NCBI GenBank assembly: GCA_964565265.1
Contig: CAZMEC010000001.1
Coordinates: forward strand, 1 to 53,299
Source of the DNA: an uncultured Myxococcales bacterium
GTDB taxonomy: Bacteria > Myxococcota_A > UBA9042 > CAIXZC01
Direction of reading: 5' to 3'
Length of the DNA: 53,299 nucleotides
Part shown: piece by piece, positions 16,049-23,891 of the stretch
Layout: the number at the start of each line of letters is the position of its first letter
Position numbering within the stretch: position 1 is the first letter of the stretch
Program-made: the position numbers and the translations under genes
The notes under the pieces: model-generated
What the model saw: the letters and a program-made list of their open reading frames with translations, nothing else
What the model was told of the DNA's origin: nothing
The model's database searches: none

Positions 16049-19000
16049 TCAGTCGGTTGTGTAGGTGATCTTCAAGGTGAACTCTCCCTTGTCGTTGGCG
16101 GTCTTGCCGTCCACAAACAGGAAGTAGGTCCCGGAGGCCGGATAGGTCATGGTGTGGTTGGCCTTGGGGGCACAGGTGATGAGGGTGCCGTCGCAGGTCT
16201 CCTTGGCCAGGTACAGCAGGGCATTGAAGTCCGCCACCACCTCCAGATCAAGCAGGGAGACCCCCGCCGGGAGGGTGAACTGGTAGACCAGATCGGAGCC
16301 CCCGTTCCCGCCGCAGCTGCCCAGGTAGTCATGGTTGGCGAAGAGGCTGACGCCGTAGACCTCGGCCTTGCCGCCGGAGTCGAAGGTCAACTCCACGGGG
16401 GCGGCGCAGGTGTCGTTGGCGGGGGGCGCGGGGGGCGTGGCGGTGACCTCCAGGGTGAAGTCGCCCTTCTGGGTGTTGCCATCGCTGTCCACGAACAGGT
16501 AGTAGGTGCCGGTCTTCAGGTCGGGGGTCTCCAGGGAGGCCCCGCCGCAGGCCACCGGCGTGCCGTTCAGGCAGTCACCCTTGCGAACGAAGACCCGGGG
16601 CTGGAAGCCAGCGGTGACCTTGATGGACAGCTTGCGCCAGTCCGTCAGGACCACCTTGTAGACCAGGTCGGGGCCTCCGCTGCCGCCACAGAGGGGCTGG
16701 ACGAAGTCGTCGGTGGCCTTGGTGGAGCCCATGGCGTCCTCGGTGCTGGCGGAGATCTTGACGGAGCCCGTGCTGAGGTCCAGTTCCTGGGGGAGGGCGC
16801 AGGTGTCGTTGGCCGGGGACTTGGCCTCGGTGAAGGGGAAGACCAGGTAGGTGTAGAGGCGCAGGACGCCCCCCACGCCCCCGGTTTCTTTCAACTCCAG
16901 GCTGTGTTCCCCGAGGGTCCAGTTGGCGGCGGCGCTGAGGTCCAGGCGGCCCGTGGACCAGGCGTCCAGGCCGGTCACGCCCCAGGTGGAGGTGGCGGCG
17001 TCCCAGTGGGGGCTGCCCTTGCCGTCGGGGTTGCCCACCTTGGCGGTGACATCCTGGCCGTCCACCCAGATTTGAACGCCCTTGGGGAAGGTCTCGGCCA
17101 GGATTCCGGTGACGGGCTTCCCGGTGAGGAGCCAGCCCTCGCCGCCCGTTCCGCCGTAGTTGTAACCCCCGCCGCCGTTCAGGGCCACGGTGGCCTGGTT
17201 GACCAGGGAGTTGGCGAAGAGGGCGATGGTGCCACCGGCGCCACCCCCGATGTTGCTGGCGGTGCCAGCGCTGCCCTGGGCCGTGAGCACGGCCCCAGCC
17301 TCCAGGACGATCTGATCCGCTCCCAGGACGATGATGCCGCCCCCGAAGCTGCTGCCGGCGGTGTGGGTGTGGCCGGCCCCGCCGCCCGCCCCGCCAAAGG
17401 TCAGGAAGCCGTCGCCGCCCTGGGGCAGGCCTCCCAGGCCGAAGCCGCCGCCGCAGGTGTCCTGGCCGTTCTGGCCGGTGGTCCTGTTGCCGCCCCCGGC
17501 GCCCCCGCAGGAGGCGTTGGAGGCAGCGCCCCCTCCCGCGCAGTTGGGCTGCGGGTTGTAGCTGGCCAGGGGAGGCTGCACATTGCACTGGCTGTCCCCC
17601 TGGGTGGCGTTGTTGTTCACGGCGTGGTTGAAGCCCAGGCCGTCGGCCTCAATGCGGCCGCCATTTCGCACGGTGATCTTGGCTGCGCGCACATAGAGAA
17701 TGCCGCCCTTGCTGGCCTCGCCGTCCAGGCCCACGGAGGGTGCCAGGACGCCGCCATTGACCACCTCAACCTTGTCGTAGCTGGCGCCGATGACGGCCTG
17801 CGCCCGGCTGTGACCCGCCGAGGTGTCGGTGGTGTAGCTGTACTTGAGGGGCCGGGTGAGCCTGACGGTGCTGCCGTCCACCCGTTGTACGGTGGCCAGC
17901 TCCCAACGGCTGGCGCCGCTGCCGTCTCCTCCGGTGCCCACGGTCTGGTGCAGCAGGATCTGGGCGCCGGGGCTGAAGACGCCTGGGTCACCCACCGTGA
18001 GGTTGTCCTGTCCGGCCGTTCCGTTGATGCCGCTGGAGTAGGCGTTGGGGGTCATGCGGGAGCTGACCGTGAGGCTGGAGCCGGCGTCAGCGGCGGCGCC
18101 CTGAAGGCCATAAATGAAGGCGAAGACCTTGGGGGTCCGGGGGCTGAGGAGGTGCAGGTACTCCACAAGGCTGCCGTTGGGCTTGACCTCACCAAGGCTG
18201 TTGTGGGCCATGATGGAGCCCGCGCCTTCGTTGACCTTGCCGGGGTCGTTGTTCTCCAGGGTGACCAGGCGATCCTCGGCGCTGCCCAAGCGGTCATCAG
18301 CGTCGGCGACCCCCGCGGCCAGGGCCTCCACGGCCTCCCCCACGGTGGCGGCACCCAGGCCCGCCACGCCGTCGTCAAAGGAGACATTGGCCGCGTCCAG
18401 CACGCCCTCGGCCAGGGAGCCCAGGGTCACGCAGTCGGTGCATTCCAGGGACAGGGCCTTGAGGGCGGCGCCACCCTTGGCGGCGGCGGCGGCGTAGGCG
18501 AAGGCCACATCACTGGCGTCCACGCAGCCTTCGCAGGCCAGGTCGGAGGCATCCCCCAGGCTGACCCAGGCGTCGGCCCCAAAGACCTTGAGGATGTTCT
18601 CGTCCGAGTCGTACCAGAGCTGGCCGGGTAGGGGGGCCTGGGGGGCCTCGGCCGCGGAGGCATTCTGGATTACCACATTCAGCAACTCGTTGCCGCCCAG
18701 GTCCAGGGCGCCGGTGGCCACCACGGAGCCGTCGGCCATGAGGAACAGCCCGCTGGCGGCGGCGGAGTCGGCGGTCAGCAGGCCCTCGGGTTTGCCCTCA
18801 AGCTCGTCCCAGGAGGCGGCCCCGCCGGGGAGGTAGCCGTTGGCCTCCAGGTAGGCGGCCACTTCGGCATCGCCGTAGGCCGTGACGCCAAGGTCCGCAA
18901 GCTGGGCCGCGAGGTCCTGGGGGCTGACGCAAAGCTGGGGCAGGGAGGCCAGGGTCACGAAGGCCTCGGGGGCGGCGCCGCCAAAGGACAGCGCGTTGTC

Positions 19001-19408
19001 GGCCTGCTGGCACTGGCCCGCATTTGCAGTCCAAAGCGCATAGGGGTGACTGACCACCCGTTGGCGGGGCTGCAAGGTGATGCCCTGACCGCCCTTGGGC
19101 CCGACGGACAGTTCCAGAAAGGCCTCGCCGCCCTCGAAGGCCGACGGGTCCAAGGGGTTTTCAGCCTTGCCGCCGAGGATGGCCGAGAACACGCCCACCT
19201 CAGTCTTGACCTCCTTGGACTCAACAAAGAACGGTGCCCCCCCAGCGGACAGGCTGTAGAACTTGAAGGCGATGGTCCACTCGCCCTCCACCGGAGTGCC
19301 CTCCACATCCGTCAGGTACCCCTGATAATGAAGATAAGCCGGAGGCGTGCCCGCCAAAGCGCTGACGGAGAACAGCAGGAAGGAAACGGCGACAAGCAGT
19401 CTGGACAT
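16049..19408 (-). CDS. Giant secreted protein: tail-fibre-like N-terminal module, Gly-rich beta-helix-like core, two C-terminal pre-peptidase-C-terminal-like domains
   Basis: ATG 19408 and signal peptide MSRLLVAVSFLLFSVSALA. N-terminal YLHYQGYLTDVEGTPVEG. Central GGGAASNASCGGAGGGNRTTG...GGAGGGAGH...GGGAGGTIALF. Two repeats begin PANDTCA and end GDFTLEVT / GEFTLKITY. Confidence 0.7.
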   Translation of the reverse strand: MSRLLVAVSFLLFSVSALAGTPPAYLHYQGYLTDVEGTPVEGEWTIAFKFYSLSAGGAPFFVESKEVKTEVGVFSAILGGKAENPLDPSAFEGGEAFLELSVGPKGGQGITLQPRQRVVSHPYALWTANAGQCQQADNALSFGGAAPEAFVTLASLPQLCVSPQDLAAQLADLGVTAYGDAEVAAYLEANGYLPGGAASWDELEGKPEGLLTADSAAASGLFLMADGSVVATGALDLGGNELLNVVIQNASAAEAPQAPLPGQLWYDSDENILKVFGADAWVSLGDASDLACEGCVDASDVAFAYAAAAAKGGAALKALSLECTDCVTLGSLAEGVLDAANVSFDDGVAGLGAATVGEAVEALAAGVADADDRLGSAEDRLVTLENNDPGKVNEGAGSIMAHNSLGEVKPNGSLVEYLHLLSPRTPKVFAFIYGLQGAAADAGSSLTVSSRMTPNAYSSGINGTAGQDNLTVGDPGVFSPGAQILLHQTVGTGGDGSGASRWELATVQRVDGSTVRLTRPLKYSYTTDTSAGHSRAQAVIGASYDKVEVVNGGVLAPSVGLDGEASKGGILYVRAAKITVRNGGRIEADGLGFNHAVNNNATQGDSQCNVQPPLASYNPQPNCAGGGAASNASCGGAGGGNRTTGQNGQDTCGGGFGLGGLPQGGDGFLTFGGAGGGAGHTHTAGSSFGGGIIVLGADQIVLEAGAVLTAQGSAGTASNIGGGAGGTIALFANSLVNQATVALNGGGGYNYGGTGGEGWLLTGKPVTGILAETFPKGVQIWVDGQDVTAKVGNPDGKGSPHWDAATSTWGVTGLDAWSTGRLDLSAAANWTLGEHSLELKETGGVGGVLRLYTYLVFPFTEAKSPANDTCALPQELDLSTGSVKISASTEDAMGSTKATDDFVQPLCGGSGGPDLVYKVVLTDWRKLSIKVTAGFQPRVFVRKGDCLNGTPVACGGASLETPDLKTGTYYLFVDSDGNTQKGDFTLEVTATPPAPPANDTCAAPVELTFDSGGKAEVYGVSLFANHDYLGSCGGNGGSDLVYQFTLPAGVSLLDLEVVADFNALLYLAKETCDGTLITCAPKANHTMTYPASGTYFLFVDGKTANDKGEFTLKITYTTD

Positions 19409-19491
19409 GCCAAGCCTCCAAAGCCAAAAAAGCGGCCCCAGAATCCCAAAAGCAGGGGGGAAAGGCAAGCGCGGCAAGAGACACAAGGACA

Positions 19492-20121
19492 TTAGCCCAG
19501 CAGGCCGTTCTCGCTGGCGTATTGGACGACTTCTACTGTGGTGCGCAGCCCCAGCTTGGTCTTCACCCTCTCAACATAGGTGTTGACGGTGCTGGTGCTG
19601 ACACCCAGGTCGTGGGCTATCTCGGTGGCCCGTTTGCCGACGGCCAGCAGGCGCACCACCATGACCTCCCGCGCACTTAGCAGATCCAAAGGATGCTTCT
19701 GGACTTCTATCTGGTTCTGCAGCAGGAATGCCTGCAGTTCCTGGGTCAGGTACTGACGCCCTGCTGCGGCCAGCCGGACAGCCTTGAACAGTTCTTCAGG
19801 CGCCCGTTGTTTGTTGATGAAGGCTGCGGCCCCGCTGCGCAGGAACCCAACGGCGTGGCTGTCTTCCTGGTACATCGTGAAGATCACAACCTGGGGCGGC
19901 GAGGGCAACGCCCGCAGGCTACGGACCAGCAAAGGGCTGCCACCGCCGGGCATGTTCACATCCATTATGACCACATCGGCGCCACTGCCTGCCACCAGGT
20001 CCACCAGCCCGTTGGCCTCCGCTGCCTCGCCGCAGACCTCCATGCCGACCTGCTCCGAGATGATGCTCTTCAGGCCCCCCCTGACAATATGGTGGTCGTC
20101 CGCAATGAAGACCCGAATCAT
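19492..20121 (-). CDS. NarL/LuxR-family response regulator
   Basis: Receiver domain (MIRVFIADDHHIVRGGL...VVIMDVNMPG) plus a C-terminal LuxR HTH (LSAREVMVVRLLAVGKRATEIAHDLGVSTSTVNTYVERVKTKLG). ATGA overlap with the kinase stop. Confidence 0.9.
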   Translation of the reverse strand: MIRVFIADDHHIVRGGLKSIISEQVGMEVCGEAAEANGLVDLVAGSGADVVIMDVNMPGGGSPLLVRSLRALPSPPQVVIFTMYQEDSHAVGFLRSGAAAFINKQRAPEELFKAVRLAAAGRQYLTQELQAFLLQNQIEVQKHPLDLLSAREVMVVRLLAVGKRATEIAHDLGVSTSTVNTYVERVKTKLGLRTTVEVVQYASENGLLG

Positions 20122-22685
20122 GATTGAACCTCATGGGGAAGCTCAGGCACGGTCACCCGCACTGTGGTGCCTTGTCCTGGTTCGCTGGAAACCAAACAGC
20201 TCCCTCCCAACACATGCGCTCGCTCCTGGATGCCCAGAATGCCGAAACAACTGGGTGCCGGGTCCGAAACCCTGAACCCGATCCCGTCGTCCCGGACCTC
20301 CAGGACCAGGTTCTCATCAGTTCGCTCCAACCGCATCCAGGCCCGCCGGGCTTGACTATGCCTGCCAATGTTGGTCAGGGCCTCCTGGACAATGCGGTAC
20401 AAGGCCACCGAGGACTCCGGGGACAGGTCTTCCTCGTCGATACCGATTTCCACAGTGCATTCCACCTGATGCCGCTTGCTGGTTTCATTGGCCAGCCAGG
20501 TGATTGCCGACACAAAGCCCCTGGACTCGAGGATGCTGGGGCGCAGGGAATTGATCATGCGGTCCACTGATTCATGGGTCGCGGCCAGCAGTTCCTCCGC
20601 GCGGGCGAAGCCGGTTTCGAGTTCTTCCCTGGAGGCAGTAGCAGTCCCGGTGGCCAGGCTATGCACGCGCTCCAACTCGATGCGCAAGCCGGTCAGGATC
20701 TGGCCGGCCTCATCGTGAATATCCCGGGCGACGCGGGAGCGCTCCCTTTCCTGCACGGAGACCAGGTTACTGGCAAGCCTTCGCAGTTCGTCGGTCTGTT
20801 GGCGCACCATGAGGTCCAGATTCCGGGTGAAGGCGTGCAGGTGCAGCAGGTTCTCAATCCGGGCAAGCAGTTCCTCTTCGTTGAAAGGCTTCTGGACGAA
20901 ATCGGCGACTCTGGCACGAAGGGACTCCAACCTAATGGTCTGGCCCGTCAGAGCGGTCAGGAAGACGCAGGGGACCGTGGCCAGCCGCGGGTCGGAGCGC
21001 AGGGCCTCCAGCAACTCAAGGCCTGACATCTCCGGCATGGCGATGTCGGTCAGCACCAGCTCCGGGATCGTTTCCTGGGCCTTGGCCAGTCCCTCCCTGC
21101 CGTTGGCGGCGCTGGTGACCCGGTAGTATTGCCCAAGGAACGATCGAAGGTAGGCGCGCAGCTCGTCGTTGTCCTCGACCACCAGGATGCGGCGGCCATC
21201 CTCGGGGCCCACAGGATCTTCCGTGTGGGACGCTGCCATAGCGTTTCCGCGAGGCCAGACCCCGGGCGGCAGGTCCATTGACTCCAGGTCCACCGGCCGG
21301 GTCTCGGGGGGGCAGTCTCCGCGGGGCAGGTGAACCCTGACCACGGTGCCCTTGCCCTGCACGCTTTCCACCGCGATGCGGCCGTGGTGGGCGTCGACAA
21401 TCTCCTTGACCAGGGCCAGGCCTATCCCGACCCCAAGCCCCATGGCCTGCTGCCCCCTGGCGCCCTGCTGGAAGCGCTCGAAGATCCGTGGAAGCTGGTC
21501 CGGGGCGATGCCCATGCCGTAGTCCCGAACCAGAATCTCCACCTCCTGCTCTGAGGCCACCAAGGTGAGTTCCACCGGAGCCACTCCAGGCGGGCTGAAC
21601 TTGAAGGCGTTGGACAGCAGGTTGAACAGCAGGGTCCTGACCTGACGAAGATCCCAGCAGGCCAGCATCCTCTGGCTGGCAGCAGGCGCAAGTACCGTCA
21701 AGCGGACCTCGGCGTTGGTCTGAAACTCGCGGGCCACCTGGTCCACAACGGCGCCCACATCGACGACCTGCTTCTGGGCCACGGCAACGCCCGAGTCGAA
21801 GCGGGCAAGCTCCAGGAGGTCATTGACCAGGAACAGCAGCCGGGCGGTGGTGTTGGTGCAGCCCTGCACCAGTTGGCCCAGTTGGTCGGGCAGGTCCTGG
21901 CGCGACATGGTTCGCAGGGTGCCAAGGATGTTGGCAATGGGCGTTCTCAGTTCATGGTTGATGTTGGCGAAGAAGTCGGCCTTCAGCCTGTTCATCTCTT
22001 CCAATTCCTGGGCCCTCAGGTCCAGCGCGCGTCGCTGCAAGAAGTTGGCCCTGATCAGGCGGAAGATGATGTGGCCCGCCACCACCGAGGTCAGGGCCGC
22101 GCCCATGCTCCAAACAAACGGCGCCGCCCAGGTGGTGCCTGTCAAGAGCACCGGATTGGTCAGGAAGGCGCTGGTGAAGTACAGGCCGACGAGGCCGAAG
22201 GTCAGCACGAATCTGGCTCTCAAAGGGACCACCAGAGGGATGGTCAGGACCGGCGTCGAGTAGACCCCGAAGTAGAAACCGGTGGCCAGGTCCGTCGTTG
22301 AGGCCATGTAACCCGAGAAGGCGTTGGCCAACCAGAACATGACCAGGGCGGTGGTGGCGGGATGCCGGGCCAGGGGGGGGACGAAGCGCATGGTCAGGCA
22401 GGCTGTCGCGGACATCAACATGATCACGACTCGCCACTGGGCCATCCACCAGAAAGGCTGGGTGCCCCAGCCCAGCACCAGGAGGTCACTGGGCCAACTC
22501 ATGAACAACAGCCAGAACATCGCCGCCCCGGTAGTGCCCAGGCCCCGGCGCGAATACTCGACGGCCTGACGGTCGAAGGCGGACAGAAGCTCTGGGGACT
22601 CCTCCACCGAGCTTTCCTGGATGACCCAGTAGCCAAAGAAGTCCCGGACAAGGGCCCAACAGTCAAAAATCTTGGTCCGTGCCAT
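20118..22685 (-). CDS. Membrane hybrid sensor with two kinase cores: TM region, HisKA/HATPase, receiver, HisKA_3/HATPase
   Basis: H-box 1 is NHELRTPI (His codon 21954-21956) with G-boxes DYGMGI / GLGVGIGLA. Receiver is ILVVEDNDELR...VLTDIAMPEMSG...KPF. H-box 2 is RDIHDEAGQ (about 20717) with VRDDGIGF...GILGIQERA (NarX type). Confidence 0.85.
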   Translation of the reverse strand: MARTKIFDCWALVRDFFGYWVIQESSVEESPELLSAFDRQAVEYSRRGLGTTGAAMFWLLFMSWPSDLLVLGWGTQPFWWMAQWRVVIMLMSATACLTMRFVPPLARHPATTALVMFWLANAFSGYMASTTDLATGFYFGVYSTPVLTIPLVVPLRARFVLTFGLVGLYFTSAFLTNPVLLTGTTWAAPFVWSMGAALTSVVAGHIIFRLIRANFLQRRALDLRAQELEEMNRLKADFFANINHELRTPIANILGTLRTMSRQDLPDQLGQLVQGCTNTTARLLFLVNDLLELARFDSGVAVAQKQVVDVGAVVDQVAREFQTNAEVRLTVLAPAASQRMLACWDLRQVRTLLFNLLSNAFKFSPPGVAPVELTLVASEQEVEILVRDYGMGIAPDQLPRIFERFQQGARGQQAMGLGVGIGLALVKEIVDAHHGRIAVESVQGKGTVVRVHLPRGDCPPETRPVDLESMDLPPGVWPRGNAMAASHTEDPVGPEDGRRILVVEDNDELRAYLRSFLGQYYRVTSAANGREGLAKAQETIPELVLTDIAMPEMSGLELLEALRSDPRLATVPCVFLTALTGQTIRLESLRARVADFVQKPFNEEELLARIENLLHLHAFTRNLDLMVRQQTDELRRLASNLVSVQERERSRVARDIHDEAGQILTGLRIELERVHSLATGTATASREELETGFARAEELLAATHESVDRMINSLRPSILESRGFVSAITWLANETSKRHQVECTVEIGIDEEDLSPESSVALYRIVQEALTNIGRHSQARRAWMRLERTDENLVLEVRDDGIGFRVSDPAPSCFGILGIQERAHVLGGSCLVSSEPGQGTTVRVTVPELPHEVQS

Positions 22686-22744
22686 GGACTGAAACCTCCC
22701 GCCCTACTCCCGCTGGAGCCAAATCCCCGCAGGCAACCACTTAC

Positions 22745-23830
22745 CTAGAACGGGCAGCACAGGATCTGGATGTCATTGACGCCGGTATCATCTCCGTCGC
22801 CCAGGGGGGATTCAACCTTTTGTTCGAGGCCGCACACATAGGTCCCGTCGGGGCACTTGGTCCAGCCCTTCCAACTTCCCCAGCCTGTGCCTCCGGGGGC
22901 GGTTTTGATAACAGCGCCGCACGCCTCAACCCGGCAATTGAGGTTCGCGCCCCGGATGGCACCACCGGCATTCAGCACCCCACCAGTCTTGACCTCGGCC
23001 TTGCTGACATCATTGAGGAAAAGGGGGGCGCCGGCATCAATGTCGTTCGAGTCCATATACAAAGTGCCGAAACCGTTGGTGTGGACGGCCAATGTACCCT
23101 CATAGGTACCGTCGCCCTTCTTGGCGACCGGTTTGGTGCCGCTGACCTTGGTGCCGCCGGCAAGCTGGCCATCGAAGTTGACCGCCAGCACATCACCTGC
23201 CAGATGAGCCATGGCAACTCCACCGTCGCCTCTGTCCGGATTGTTGGTGAAGGTGATGTCGGGTCCGTAGACCGACAGGACACCGCCCACCGACATGGCG
23301 CCGCCCACTTGGGTGCCCTTGCCGTTGGTGTTGAGGTACAGGATGCCTGCGTCCTTGACGCCATTGATCGACGACACGGTCAGGTCGGTGCTGGCCGTGC
23401 TCCAGACCGCGTAGGGCGCGGGGAAGAAGCGCTGCTTGCCGGAAAGGGCGATCCAGGTCTCGCCGGACTTGATGGCGATGCCCAGATAGAGGTCGTCCGC
23501 GGCCTTGACCGCAGTGGTCAGGGCCTGCAGCTTGGCAGGTGCGGTGGATCCCAGCAGCACCGAAAACCGGCCGGCGTAGACCTGCACGGGCTGGATCTCC
23601 TCCCAGGTTGCCGTGGCAGCGGCGGCCCCGTCGAAGATCTGGAAGCGCATCTGAACGGTGGCATTCACGCCCACCCCATCCTTTTCCAGCGTGCCCTGGT
23701 AGGCAATGTTCTTGGGTACCTGATCGTTGGTCTGAAGGCCGTCCGCCAAGACCCTGGTACCGGGCAGCAGCAATGCGGCGACCAAGGTGCCCAGGATTCC
23801 CATTTTCAAGCCGCGAAGTCCCTGCTTCAT
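22745..23830 (-). CDS. Secreted protein with tail-fibre-like N-terminal module and VMO-I-like Cys-rich C-terminus
   Basis: GGAGGAAG RBS then ATG 23830. Signal peptide MKQGLRGLKMGILGTLVAALLLPGTRVLA. NIAYQGTLEKDGVGVN...AGRFSVLLG. C-terminal GWGSWKGWTKCPDGTYVCGLEQKVESPLGDGDDTGVNDIQILCC. Confidence 0.65.
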   Translation of the reverse strand: MKQGLRGLKMGILGTLVAALLLPGTRVLADGLQTNDQVPKNIAYQGTLEKDGVGVNATVQMRFQIFDGAAAATATWEEIQPVQVYAGRFSVLLGSTAPAKLQALTTAVKAADDLYLGIAIKSGETWIALSGKQRFFPAPYAVWSTASTDLTVSSINGVKDAGILYLNTNGKGTQVGGAMSVGGVLSVYGPDITFTNNPDRGDGGVAMAHLAGDVLAVNFDGQLAGGTKVSGTKPVAKKGDGTYEGTLAVHTNGFGTLYMDSNDIDAGAPLFLNDVSKAEVKTGGVLNAGGAIRGANLNCRVEACGAVIKTAPGGTGWGSWKGWTKCPDGTYVCGLEQKVESPLGDGDDTGVNDIQILCCPF

Positions 23831-23891
23831 GATTCTTCCTCCATTGGTTCTCTGGTCTGGATGCTCACTCAATATCGTCTTGGAAACCTGC

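Noticed and set aside
16154-18631. 825-aa ORF on the plus strand
   Set aside because: Antisense shadow of the giant Gly-rich secreted protein gene. Its product has junk composition (Gly/Ala/Val/Leu/Gln runs).
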